A stretch of DNA of 64,000 nucleotides, from contig CAMMAC010000001.1 of the NCBI GenBank assembly GCA_946493085.1, forward strand, positions 2,593-66,592, given 5' to 3'. The translations under genes and the position numbers were made by a program. Of this stretch, positions 18,848 to 28,524 are shown piece after piece (the first letter of the stretch is position 1; the number at the start of each line of letters is the position of its first letter). The notes beneath the pieces are model-generated. The model searched no databases and had not been told where the DNA came from. It was given only the letters and a program-made list of their open reading frames with translations. The stretch is from an uncultured Clostridiaceae bacterium (lineage in GTDB: Bacteria; Bacillota; Clostridia; TANB77; CAG-508).

Positions 18848-21280
18848 GTGAAGAAAATGCAAATTGCTCTATTTGGTTGGATATTAGGATTGATAGGGGG
18901 ACTATACTTACCAAAATTAAGTATAGTCTTTTTTCTATGCTTTTTATTAGGAATACTACTATTAAAAAATGTAAAGAAAAAATATAGCATGCTTAGGATT
19001 GTACAAAGGCATATTTCCTATCAAAAAATTATCGTCATGGCAATAAGTTTTATCCTAGCCTTTCTACTTATACAAGAAAAAGAAAGAGATTATAGCCAAA
19101 GATACGCAGAGGTAATGGGGGAGGCAGAAGTGATAGGCACCATTGTGAGCATGCCAAAAGAAAAAGAATATAGAACGGATTATACCATGCAAGTAGAGAG
19201 CATAAATGGACAAATTTTGCAAAAGAATACCAAAATTTTGTTACAGCTAAAAAAGGGAAAACAAGCACAAAAGAATTTAGTTTATGGAAATAAAATAAAA
19301 GTAAAAGTAGAATTAAAAATGCCAACAGAAGCTAGAAATACGGGAGGGTTTGATTACAGTTTTTATTTAAAAACAAAGCAAATTTATGCAATTGCTATAG
19401 GTAAAGAAGATGATGTTACTCTTTTAAAAAACGAAAATAGCAATTTGTGGCAAAAAGCAGTAACGGCGGTAAAGCAGTCTATTATAGAACAAGTAAAGAA
19501 AGTATTGCCACAAGAGGAAGCAGACTTATTTATAGGCATATTAATTGGAGAAAGACAAGGGATACAAGAAGAAATCGAAAAGAATTTTAAAAATAGTAGT
19601 TTAACTCATCTTCTAGCTGTTTCTGGTTCTCATGTAGCTTATATTTTGATGGGAGTTACTTTTGCTGTAACGCAGCTAAAAGGAGACAAAAAAATAGGGA
19701 AAATAGGAACCATTTTATTTCTATTCTTTTTCATGGAATTAACAGATAGAACTGCATCGGTAGTAAGAGCGTGTATTATGGCAATGTATGCTATAGTAGC
19801 GAATTTATGTCATAAAAAAATAGATTGGCTAGGTAGTATTTGCTTTAGCTTGTGGTGGATATTGTTAGAAAATCCGTATAGTTTATGGGATACCTCCCTT
19901 ATTTTGTCTTATGGAGGAACAATAGGCATTTTATTATTTATTCCTCTTTTTCAGAAAAAGCAAAATCCAAACGAGGGGAAAAATCATAAACTATTAGAAA
20001 AGTGTAAAAATTATCTAAAGGAAAGTTTCATAATTACTATTAGTGCCAACTTAATTTTACTTCCCATTATGGCGTATTTATTTTATACTTTATCTTTTAC
20101 CTTTTGGATAGGTAATTTGCTGGCTACACCGCTCATGGAAGGAATTATATTCATAGGTATTGCATTTTTGGCAAGTGCCTATTTATGCATGCCTTTAGCA
20201 ATAATAATAGCTGTGTCATTAAAATGCCTGTTACAATTATTACTGCTAGTAGCAAAAGTATGTGCAAACCTACCTTTCTCTAATATAAGTGTAATAAGAC
20301 CACCCGTGGTTGGTATACTTTTCTACTACATATTTCTATTTTTGTGGATAGGATATGGTAGATTGTCCCAAAGAAGAAAAGCACAAATAAAAGAAATGTA
20401 TAGAAAAAAGAGAAAGACCGTTTTGATAAGTTTCCTACTCATGGTTGTTCTTCTAACATTGCTATATAAAGTACCAGGAGAGTTAGAAATCTTTTTTATA
20501 GATGTTGGTCAAGGAGACAGCATGTTAGTGATAACACCACAAAAGAAAACTTTGCTAGTAGATGGAGGAGGGAGTAAAAGCACAAGTTTTGATGTGGGCG
20601 AGCAAACGCTACTTCCTTACTTATTGAATAAAGGAATTAAAACTATCGATTATATGATGCCATCTCATTTTGATGAAGACCACGTGCAAGGATTATTTAC
20701 TATTCTAGAAAAATTAACCGTAAAAAAGGTAATTGTAGCAGAGCAAAAAGTAGATTCAGAAAATTATCAAAAATTTATGAAATTCGTAGAAGAAAAAAAT
20801 ATACAAACTATATGGGTAAAACAGGGAGATAAAATTTTATTAGAAAAAGGAGTAAACTTAGATATTTTATGGCCAAAAACAGAATGGATAGCAGAAAATC
20901 CACTCAATAATAATGCTATTGTAGCAAATTTGCATTATGGGAAATTTAGTTTATTATTCACAGGAGATATAGAAGAAATAGCAGAAAAAGAAATTCTACA
21001 ATGCTATCAAAATACAGAGTTATGCAAGGCTACTGTGTTAAAAGTAGCCCATCACGGCTCAAAATCCTCTAGTATACAGTCTTTTTTAACAATGATAAAA
21101 CCAAAAATTGCTTTAATTGGTGTGGGAGAAACGAACACCTTTGGACATCCAAATGAGGGTGTTTTAGAAAGGTTAGAAAAGATAGGTGCCAAAATTTATA
21201 GAACAGATGAAAATGGAGAAATCAGTCTAAAAGTAAACAAAGAAGGAAAAATAAAAATAAATACCAAAATTGGAAAATAA
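18848..21280 (+). CDS. comEC: DNA internalization competence protein ComEC/Rec2 (DUF4131, competence domain, metallo-beta-lactamase domain)
   Basis: 810 aa polytopic membrane region followed by an MBL-fold domain (FIDVGQGDSMLV...HFDEDHVQG...AHHGSKSS). Confidence 0.85.
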   Translation: MKKMQIALFGWILGLIGGLYLPKLSIVFFLCFLLGILLLKNVKKKYSMLRIVQRHISYQKIIVMAISFILAFLLIQEKERDYSQRYAEVMGEAEVIGTIVSMPKEKEYRTDYTMQVESINGQILQKNTKILLQLKKGKQAQKNLVYGNKIKVKVELKMPTEARNTGGFDYSFYLKTKQIYAIAIGKEDDVTLLKNENSNLWQKAVTAVKQSIIEQVKKVLPQEEADLFIGILIGERQGIQEEIEKNFKNSSLTHLLAVSGSHVAYILMGVTFAVTQLKGDKKIGKIGTILFLFFFMELTDRTASVVRACIMAMYAIVANLCHKKIDWLGSICFSLWWILLENPYSLWDTSLILSYGGTIGILLFIPLFQKKQNPNEGKNHKLLEKCKNYLKESFIITISANLILLPIMAYLFYTLSFTFWIGNLLATPLMEGIIFIGIAFLASAYLCMPLAIIIAVSLKCLLQLLLLVAKVCANLPFSNISVIRPPVVGILFYYIFLFLWIGYGRLSQRRKAQIKEMYRKKRKTVLISFLLMVVLLTLLYKVPGELEIFFIDVGQGDSMLVITPQKKTLLVDGGGSKSTSFDVGEQTLLPYLLNKGIKTIDYMMPSHFDEDHVQGLFTILEKLTVKKVIVAEQKVDSENYQKFMKFVEEKNIQTIWVKQGDKILLEKGVNLDILWPKTEWIAENPLNNNAIVANLHYGKFSLLFTGDIEEIAEKEILQCYQNTELCKATVLKVAHHGSKSSSIQSFLTMIKPKIALIGVGETNTFGHPNEGVLERLEKIGAKIYRTDENGEISLKVNKEGKIKINTKIGK

Positions 21281-21337
21281 TTGTATAAAAAAGAGAAAAA
21301 AATCCCATACTAATAGCAATAAAGAGGTGGAGATAAC

Positions 21338-21928
21338 ATGAAAAAGTGGTTTATGATAGGGCTAATAGGAACCATTATTTTAGCCGTTGTTTTAACAATT
21401 ACAGTGCAAATTATTCTAGAAGAAAATACACAGCAAGAAATTTATCAGCAAAGAGCAGAAGTGCAAGAGAAAGAAGAAAATAGAGAAATAGCAGAAAATA
21501 AATTAGCTATGACTAGCACTACAGGAGAAGATAAAATTTCTCCTAATGCAGTCATTTATTTTAAAACTTATTATGCAAGTTGTAAACATACAACAACAGA
21601 AACAATAGATGTACCAGAAGAGTTAGTAAATAAAACAAGAGAAGATGTAGCAGAAAAATATAAAGATTGGGATATAGGAGAATTTACAAATCAAGAAATT
21701 ACATTATATTGTGAGCAACAAGGCATATGTCCAGAACACTATATGATAAGAGAAAAAGATGGATATATAGCCATTTATCAAATAGGAGAAGACGGAACAG
21801 AAACATTAAAAGAAATGACAGGGATTGTTACCAATTATTTACCAGAAACAGACATATTAAGATTAGAAGAAGGAATTAAGGTAGTAGGAAAAGAAGAATT
21901 AAATGCAACCATAGAAGATTATGAATAG
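21338..21928 (+). CDS. Membrane-anchored hypothetical protein, possibly BofC-like
   Basis: N-terminal TM anchor. The soluble domain has no catalytic motifs. The functional assignment is weak. Confidence 0.4.
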   Translation: MKKWFMIGLIGTIILAVVLTITVQIILEENTQQEIYQQRAEVQEKEENREIAENKLAMTSTTGEDKISPNAVIYFKTYYASCKHTTTETIDVPEELVNKTREDVAEKYKDWDIGEFTNQEITLYCEQQGICPEHYMIREKDGYIAIYQIGEDGTETLKEMTGIVTNYLPETDILRLEEGIKVVGKEELNATIEDYE

Positions 21929-21947
21929 TATATTTGGGTGAACTTTA

Positions 21948-21978
21948 GGGGCAGTCCTTAAAGTTCATTTAGAAAAAT
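21948..21978 (+). terminator. GAACTTTAGGG palindrome family member, acting as a terminator after the 21338 gene
   Basis: GTGAACTTTAGGGGcagTCCTTAAAGTTCAT forms an RNA stem with G-U wobbles only on the plus strand. Confidence 0.6.
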
Positions 21979-22012
21979 AAAAGTTAGTTCGTAACCGTGA
22001 ATAATGCTCACT

Positions 22013-22043
22013 GTCCCATTTAAATCAGGGATAAGTGGGACAT
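22013..22043 (+). repeat. REP-like repeat, partial copy (GTCCCATTTAAATCAGGGATAAGTGGGACATTTTT)
   Basis: Matches the right half of the 46682-46743 element. It sits immediately upstream of a type-2 leader. Confidence 0.65.
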
Positions 22044-22168
22044 TTTTAAAAATAAAGTCGAAAATTATGGAAATAAGTAACTACTAAAAAGCAAAAATAA
22101 AGAGTAAAGAAAAATAGAGAAACGATATAATCCTCTCTGTAAAATTAGATAGCAGGGAGGATAAAATT
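22044..22168 (+). promoter_or_regulatory. Type-2 conserved leader (copy F): GTCGAAAATTATGGAAATAAGTAAC...TATAAT followed by an SD-sequestering hairpin (22132-22160)
   Basis: CCTCTCTG pairs with CAGGGAGG (one G-U wobble), occluding the RBS GGGAGGA. The same architecture occurs at 22915-23010 and 46744-46862. Confidence 0.6.
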
Positions 22169-22906
22169 ATGCCAAAACAAAAGAGTGGAGAAGAAGGAAT
22201 TACTATGATAACTTTAGCAGTAACAATCGTAGTATTAATTATTTTGGCAGGAGTTAGTCTAAATGCAACTGTAGGAGAAAATGGAATTATCTCGCAGGCA
22301 CAAAAAGCAAGGGAGAATATAGAGATAGCAAGAGAAGAAGAAGAGATACAATTAAATAATTTGTATGAAGAATTAGCAAAGGGAGGAGAAGGGATTTTTG
22401 ATGATTCTATGACAGATGCCATAGAAAAATTAGAAAACTTTAGAAAAATAATAGCAACAGCCATAACAAATGAAGGAGTTACTACAGTAGAAACAGATAC
22501 AGCGGAAACAATGGCAGAAAATATTAGTAAAATATTACAAGAACGAACAAAAGATGCAACAGCAACAGCAGAAGATATAGCAGAGGGAAAGACTGCTTAT
22601 GTGAATGGGAATAAAGTAGTTGGAACAGCTCATAATAGTGATGAAATTACTTTTTCAACGTTGTTAGTAAATTCAAGTTCTAGTAAATGTCTTATTGTTC
22701 CTTTAAATAAAAATTATAAAAATCTATCTATAACAAATATTTCAGGAGGAACAGGAGGCACAGGAACTGCAACTGTATATTTAGATGAAGTAGATAGCGG
22801 AACTTTTTATGCGGGAATGCCAGTTCCAATTGAATATGATTTAACAGATGTAGAAGAACTAAAGATTACTGGAAATCAAGTTTTCTTTACTCTAACAATT
22901 TTATAG
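22169..22906 (+). CDS. Variable-family protein, copy F (intact): N-terminal extension MPKQKSGEE, then the conserved module and a unique C-terminal domain
   Basis: GITMITLAVTIVVLIILAGVSLNATVGENGIISQAQKAREN...DIAEGKTAYVNGNKVVGT, then a unique tail (...ISGGTGGTGTATVYLDEVDSGTFYAGMPVPIEYDL...). Confidence 0.75.
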   Translation: MPKQKSGEEGITMITLAVTIVVLIILAGVSLNATVGENGIISQAQKARENIEIAREEEEIQLNNLYEELAKGGEGIFDDSMTDAIEKLENFRKIIATAITNEGVTTVETDTAETMAENISKILQERTKDATATAEDIAEGKTAYVNGNKVVGTAHNSDEITFSTLLVNSSSSKCLIVPLNKNYKNLSITNISGGTGGTGTATVYLDEVDSGTFYAGMPVPIEYDLTDVEELKITGNQVFFTLTIL

Positions 22907-22914
22907 GATTATGG

Positions 22915-23010
22915 AAATAAGTATCCACTAAAAAGAGAAATAAAAAGGTAACAAAAAATAAAGAAAATATATAATCCTCCTTGAAATTAGAGAAATCAAG
23001 GAGGATAAAC
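22915..23010 (+). promoter_or_regulatory. Type-2 leader (remnant G) with a perfect 10-bp SD-sequestering stem (TCCTCCTTGA / TCAAGGAGGA)
   Basis: TATAAT at 22970-22975. The hairpin spans 22975-23006. Confidence 0.55.
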
Positions 23011-23061
23011 TATGAACAAACAAAAGCAACAAAAGAATAAACAAAGAAGAATCGCACGATA
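23011..23061 (+). pseudogene. Variable-family remnant G: 16-codon N-terminal stub (MNKQKQQKNKQRRIAR*), homologous to the start of copy I (MMQKQKNKQKGITLI...)
   Basis: Sequence similarity to the first codons of the 46863 gene. A stop codon replaces the TM anchor. Confidence 0.5.
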
Positions 23062-23214
23062 AGTTTATATAATAACAAAATAACATAAAACGAATTGTAG
23101 TTAAAAAAGAAATAAGAGAAAATAAAAATAATACTTGATAATAGCCAAAAGGTAATGTACAATAAAGGTATAAATGTGAAAGAAATGGAAAACATAAGAA
23201 GAAGGAGTAAAAAA

Positions 23215-23481
23215 ATGAAAAATAATACAGGAATAACGATGGTTTCGTTAGTAGTAACTATAATAGTGTTAATCATCTTGGCAGGAGTAAGTATTAATAT
23301 GCTAGTAGGGGATAATGGAATTATAACCTTAGCACAAAAGGCGAAAGAAAATACAGAATTGGCACAAATAGAAGAAGAAAAACAATTGAATAGTTTATAT
23401 GGAGAATTAGTAAATAGCGGTGATGGAATTTTTGATGATTCTAATGTAGAGGCAATAGAGAAGAAAATGCAATTATTATAG
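23215..23481 (+). pseudogene. Variable-family copy H: truncated after ~85 aa of the conserved module (diverged type-1 leader at 23078-23214)
   Basis: MKNNTGITMVSLVVTIIVLIILAGVSINMLVGDNGIITLAQKAKENTELAQIEEEKQLNSLYGELVNSGDGIFDDSNVEAIEKKMQLL*. Confidence 0.65.
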
Positions 23482-23483
23482 GA

Positions 23484-23642
23484 GCAGGGGCAATCAGTCG
23501 TGATTATAAAGGTTGGACAGGTTTTAATATAAGTTATACGAATGATACCGTAACAGTTACATTTGGTTTAGATGGTAGTAGAGTTGTAAATTCTGATGGA
23601 AATTGGAAGATTAGAGTTTGGTATCAAATTGCATCGAAATAA
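23484..23642 (+). pseudogene. Orphan C-terminal cassette fragment of the variable family (out of frame with copy H)
   Basis: Translation ...DYKGWTGFNISYTNDTVTVTFGLDGSRVVNSDGNWKIRVWYQIASK* is beta-rich and resembles the tails of copies A and E. Confidence 0.4.
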
Positions 23643-23741
23643 TATAATAAAAAATGTGATAAATGCATTTTGTTAGCATTTGTCACATTTTTTAATGTGC
23701 AACAGGCACAGTTTAATAAATTTTAGATAATATCTAAAAAT

Positions 23742-24281
23742 CTATTTTTTCTTATTCAAATATCCTTTTTTATAAAATTCTTCGAAATACATGATTAAAG
23801 AGAAGATTGTAGCAATAAGAGCCACATAATAAATATAAATATCAAAATTCCAATCTAATCCAAAGTAACGAATTCCTAAAGAACATACAATAGCAATATA
23901 GAAAGCTACAGTAGCAAGCTTACCAAACCATCTACTAGATACTACAAGGTCTTTTCCATAAAGGAAAGAGGCACCTGCAATCATCAATATTTCCTTTAGA
24001 AAAACGATAATTAATATCCATAAAGGAATGATATTTTTAATGGCAAGTGAGACTAAAATAGAAATTTGTGTTACTTTATCTGCTAGAGGATCCACTAATT
24101 TTCCAAAGTCTGTAATATAGTTATACTTTCTTGCAATCGTACCATCTAAAATATCCGTTAAGCCGGAAATGGTAATGACAATCACGGCTGCTAAATATTG
24201 TTCTTGAAAGATGAGTACTAAGATGAAAGGTACTAAAATAAATCTAATCACTGTTAATATATTGGGTACGTATTTTAACAT
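23742..24281 (-). CDS. pgsA: CDP-diacylglycerol--glycerol-3-phosphate 3-phosphatidyltransferase (CDP-alcohol phosphatidyltransferase family)
   Basis: DILDGTIARKYNYITDFGKLVDPLADK signature motif in a 179-aa membrane protein. Confidence 0.85.
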   Translation of the reverse strand: MLKYVPNILTVIRFILVPFILVLIFQEQYLAAVIVITISGLTDILDGTIARKYNYITDFGKLVDPLADKVTQISILVSLAIKNIIPLWILIIVFLKEILMIAGASFLYGKDLVVSSRWFGKLATVAFYIAIVCSLGIRYFGLDWNFDIYIYYVALIATIFSLIMYFEEFYKKGYLNKKK

Positions 24282-24313
24282 AACTATATTCCTCCTAAAT
24301 GTTACTTATTTAT

Positions 24314-26638
24314 TTATAAAACAGAAAAAATGAAATTACCTTCTTTTGCAGAAACTTGTACAGTTTGTCCGTTTTGAAGTTCCCCCTTCAAAATTTTATC
24401 AGAAAGTTCATCTTCTATATATCTTTGGATAGCACGTCTTAGTGGTCTAGCACCATATTTTAAGTCTGTTCCCTTTTGTAATAGTTCTTCTTTAGCATTT
24501 TCTTCTACGCCTAATAAAATGTGCTTATCTGCTAGTGCTTTTTTGGTATCTTCCAACATTAAATCTACAATTTGTAGTAATTGAGTTTTGTTTAATGGGT
24601 CAAATACAACCACTTCATCTACTCTATTTAAAAATTCTGGTCTAAACGTTTCTTTTAATGCATCCAAAATTTTATTTTTACTAGTAGTAGAAGTACCTGC
24701 AAATCCAATAGAATTGGTATTTAAGTTAGAACCTGCGTTAGATGTCATAATGATAATGGTGTTTTCAAAACTAACGGTATTTCCTTGGCTATCGGTTAGT
24801 CTGCCATCATCTAGCACTTGCAATAAAATATTAAATACATCTGGATGGGCTTTTTCTATTTCGTCTAATAATACAATCGAATAAGGGTGTCTTTTTATTT
24901 TTTCTGTTAATTGACCGGCATCATCATAGCCTACATATCCTGGAGGAGAGCCTATCAATTTAGAAGTAGAATGACTTTCCATATATTCTGACATATCCAT
25001 ACGAATAATAGAATTTTCATCTCCAAACATTTCATAAGCAAGGCTTTTAGCAAGCTCTGTTTTACCAACACCAGTTGGTCCTACAAAGATAAAAGATGGT
25101 GGGCGTTTGGTACTTTTAAGTCCTGCTCTATTTCTACGAATAGCACGAGCTACTGCAGCAACAGCTTCTTCTTGACCAATAATACGTTTATGTAAGTTTG
25201 TTTCTAAATTTAACAATTTTTGTGTTTCTTCCTCTGTAATTTTTTTAACCGGAATTTTCGTCCAGTTTTCAATTACTTCGGCAACATCTTGCATCGTTAA
25301 TTCTTGAGGTTTTAATTTACTACTAATTTTTTCTATTTGCTCTATTAAACTACATTCTTTTGCTTTTAATTCAGCTGCTTTTTGATAATCTTCTTCTGAA
25401 TCTGCTTGTGCAGCTTCCTCTTTTTGCTCTTGTACTTTTTTAAGCTCGTTTTTCAAAATTTCTAATTGATAAAGTTCTTTGTTGTTTAAGTTAATTCTAG
25501 AACAAGCTTCATCTAAAATATCAATTGCCTTGTCTGGCAAAAATCTATCATGAATGTATTTTTCTGACATAATAACGGTACCGCGAATCACATCATTAGA
25601 AATACTTACTTTGTGATAATCTTCGTAATATTTTTTAATGCCGGTTAAAATATCAATAGAGTCGGTAATAGAAGGTTCTTCTACTAAAACTGGTTGAAAT
25701 CTACGTTCTAGGGCACTATCTTTTTCAATATATTTACGATACTCTTTTAAAGTAGTAGTACCAATTAATTGAATCTCTCCATTCGATAAAGATGGCTTTA
25801 AAATATTAGCAGCATTCATAGAGTGCTCGGCATCTCCGGCGCCAATAATATTATGGATTTCATCAATCACAAGAATAATATTACCATAAGATTTACATTC
25901 ATCCATAATGGATTTCATTCTAGCTTCAAATTGACCTCTAAATTGTGTTCCTGCAATAATGGAAGTCATGTCTAGTAAATAGACCTCTTTATTTAATAAT
26001 TTAGCAGGTACTCTTCCTTGTGCAATTTTAATAGCAAGTCCTTGGGCAATAGCTGTTTTACCAACACCAGGCTCTCCTATTAAACAAGGGTTGTTTTTAG
26101 AACGACGATTTAAAATTTGAATGACTCTTTGAATTTCTTTATCCCTACCAATAACAGCATCTAACTGGTTAGTTTTTGCTTTTTGTGTTAGGTTAGTGCC
26201 ATAGGTATCTAATGCTTTTTTACGTTTATCCTTTGGTTTTTTGTCTACTTTTACTTTGCGCTTTTCGTTATTAGAAGAACTAGCAGACTGTGCATTATCA
26301 GATCTTCCAAAAATGTTAGCAAAAATAGAACCCAGAGGAATAGCACTTCCGTTGGCGCTTGTCTCATTATCTTCATCACTGTTATCCATATCGTTAGTTA
26401 GCATGGCATTCATATCCATATTTTCTGTCATATCATTTAACATATTTTCTAATTGATTGGTCATATCCTGAATATCTTCTTCAGAAAGATTTACTCCCTG
26501 TGATAGGGCATCCATTGGATTAATGCCTTTTTCTTTGGCACAATCATAGCATAATCCTTCTGTAGAGATAGAATTATCTGGCATTTGTTTATTTATAAAA
26601 ATCACAGCTGTATTTTTGTGACATATTGAACATAACAT
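24314..26638 (-). CDS. clpE: AAA+ Clp ATPase of ClpE/ClpC type (N-terminal Zn-finger, two AAA modules, UVR-like middle domain)
   Basis: The N-terminal MLCSICHKN...CYDCAKEKG resembles the ClpE zinc ribbon. Walker A motifs GEPGVGKT and GPTGVGKT. Confidence 0.8.
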   Translation of the reverse strand: MLCSICHKNTAVIFINKQMPDNSISTEGLCYDCAKEKGINPMDALSQGVNLSEEDIQDMTNQLENMLNDMTENMDMNAMLTNDMDNSDEDNETSANGSAIPLGSIFANIFGRSDNAQSASSSNNEKRKVKVDKKPKDKRKKALDTYGTNLTQKAKTNQLDAVIGRDKEIQRVIQILNRRSKNNPCLIGEPGVGKTAIAQGLAIKIAQGRVPAKLLNKEVYLLDMTSIIAGTQFRGQFEARMKSIMDECKSYGNIILVIDEIHNIIGAGDAEHSMNAANILKPSLSNGEIQLIGTTTLKEYRKYIEKDSALERRFQPVLVEEPSITDSIDILTGIKKYYEDYHKVSISNDVIRGTVIMSEKYIHDRFLPDKAIDILDEACSRINLNNKELYQLEILKNELKKVQEQKEEAAQADSEEDYQKAAELKAKECSLIEQIEKISSKLKPQELTMQDVAEVIENWTKIPVKKITEEETQKLLNLETNLHKRIIGQEEAVAAVARAIRRNRAGLKSTKRPPSFIFVGPTGVGKTELAKSLAYEMFGDENSIIRMDMSEYMESHSTSKLIGSPPGYVGYDDAGQLTEKIKRHPYSIVLLDEIEKAHPDVFNILLQVLDDGRLTDSQGNTVSFENTIIIMTSNAGSNLNTNSIGFAGTSTTSKNKILDALKETFRPEFLNRVDEVVVFDPLNKTQLLQIVDLMLEDTKKALADKHILLGVEENAKEELLQKGTDLKYGARPLRRAIQRYIEDELSDKILKGELQNGQTVQVSAKEGNFIFSVL

Positions 26639-26835
26639 ATTTTTTTAGTTTCTCCTTTTTCCTAATTTAACAGTATATATCATACATGAAAAAGGGAAAA
26701 TAGTCAATAAAATTAAGGAAATATTCATAGGAAAAACACAGAATTTTAACAAAGAAAATAAGAAAAAACATTGACATGAAAAAATAAAAGAAATACAATA
26801 AGAGTGAGTAATATAATAAAAGGAGAGAAAGCATA

Positions 26836-27687
26836 GTGAAAAAAAGAACAATATTATATATTGCTATTAGCACATTTTGTGTAATTGCTATTGGTGTGGG
26901 GATGTACTATCAAATATTTGTAGCAGGAAATGAACAGTTTAATGAAATAACTTCACAAAATCAAGTGGGAAATATTCCACAGCAAGAGCAAACACAGGAG
27001 GAATTAAAAGCAGAATTTGACAACTTATTTGATAATAATTTACATGAACAAGGTTATGATACCAGTAGTGTGCAAAAGCTAGCAGGGCATGAAGAACAAC
27101 CATTAGTATATGCAGCTTATAACATTCAAGAAGAGCAAGATGAAAAATATAGTGTAGATATCAATCTACCAGTGTTTAATATTAATGGAGAAATTGCAGC
27201 AGAGTTTAATAATACAACACAAAGTATTTTTGCTAATAAAGCAAATGATGTATTAAATAATGCACAAGTATATACTATTTATAACGTGAATTATGTAGCT
27301 TATGTGAATGATAATATTCTCTCTTTAATTATAAAATCTACTTTAAAAGAGGGAAATAATCCGCAAAGAGTGATTGTACAAACCTATAATTATAATTTAA
27401 GTACAGGACAAAAAGTTATTTTGAATGATGTGCTAACAAGTCAAGGATATGAAACAAGAGAAGTAAATGAGCAAATAGATAATGTGGTAAGAAAAGCAGC
27501 AGAAGATGCTGGAGCAATATCACAAGCAGCAGGACAAACCATTTATCAAAGGGATCCAGATAATGCGATGTATGTAACAGACAATGTAAATAATTTCTTT
27601 ATAGGAGAAAATGGAATCATTTATATTATCTATGCTTATGGAAATAATAACTATACTTCAGAAATGGATATAATAAAATTATCATAA
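26836..27687 (+). CDS. Membrane-anchored DUF4163/DUF3298-like protein (RsiV/PdaC-like extracellular domain)
   Basis: Single N-terminal TM. The domain composition is inferred from sequence family resemblance and is of moderate confidence. Confidence 0.5.
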   Translation: MKKRTILYIAISTFCVIAIGVGMYYQIFVAGNEQFNEITSQNQVGNIPQQEQTQEELKAEFDNLFDNNLHEQGYDTSSVQKLAGHEEQPLVYAAYNIQEEQDEKYSVDINLPVFNINGEIAAEFNNTTQSIFANKANDVLNNAQVYTIYNVNYVAYVNDNILSLIIKSTLKEGNNPQRVIVQTYNYNLSTGQKVILNDVLTSQGYETREVNEQIDNVVRKAAEDAGAISQAAGQTIYQRDPDNAMYVTDNVNNFFIGENGIIYIIYAYGNNNYTSEMDIIKLS

Positions 27688-27741
27688 AATTGCCAAAATA
27701 AAGCCAAAATTTTGGCAATTTTTAAAATGGGGAGGAATAAG

Positions 27742-28524
27742 ATGATAGATATAGAAAAAGCAGAAAAGGCTTTTAGAGAATACATAAAAGCTTATAATCC
27801 AGAGGATGAAAAAATTAAAATAAAAATAGGGCATATTAAAAGAGTAGAAGAGCAAAGCAAGTGGATTGCTACTAGCTTAGGACTAGATGAGGAAAATATT
27901 TTATTGGCTAAGCTAATAGGTTTATTGCACGATATAGGAAGGTTTGAGCAAGTAAGAAGATTTCATACTTTTTTAGATAAAATTAGCGTAAACCATGCAG
28001 AAGAAGGAAATAGAGTATTGTTTGAACAAGGGTTTATTCGTGAATTTGTAACAGACCCACAGTATGACGATATCATTCGCAAAGCTATTGGAAACCACAA
28101 TAAACTACAAATAGAGGATGGCTTAAAGGAAAGAGAGTTATTACATGCTAAAATTATTCGAGATGCAGATAAATCAGATATTTTTCCTACTATCTTAGCA
28201 ACGGGACTGCAGGGGAATATTGCTTTTTCGGACAGAGATACCTCAAAAGAAACGATAACATCAGTTGTTTTCGAAAAATTTATGAGACAAGAGCCAATTT
28301 CCTATGGAGAAATTCAAACAAATATAGACCATATGGTAATATGGGTTACCTATATTTATGATATTAACTTTGGTGTTACTTTGCAAAAAATAAAAGAAGG
28401 AAACTATGTTTCTAGAATTTTGCATATGACAGACTACGAGGATGAGAATACGAAAGAAAAAATAAGACAAATAGAAAATAAAGCAAATCGAGATATCGAA
28501 GAAATGATAAAAAAGGATGAGTAA
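27742..28524 (+). CDS. HD-domain phosphohydrolase
   Basis: H...HD motif (LLHDIGRFEQ), downstream His/Asp residues. RBS GGGGAGG before the ATG at 27742. Confidence 0.75.
   Translation: MIDIEKAEKAFREYIKAYNPEDEKIKIKIGHIKRVEEQSKWIATSLGLDEENILLAKLIGLLHDIGRFEQVRRFHTFLDKISVNHAEEGNRVLFEQGFIREFVTDPQYDDIIRKAIGNHNKLQIEDGLKERELLHAKIIRDADKSDIFPTILATGLQGNIAFSDRDTSKETITSVVFEKFMRQEPISYGEIQTNIDHMVIWVTYIYDINFGVTLQKIKEGNYVSRILHMTDYEDENTKEKIRQIENKANRDIEEMIKKDE

Noticed and set aside
26639-26835. CtsR heptad operator upstream of clpE-like gene
   Set aside because: No tandem (A/G)GTCAAA repeats were found. Only single loose matches.
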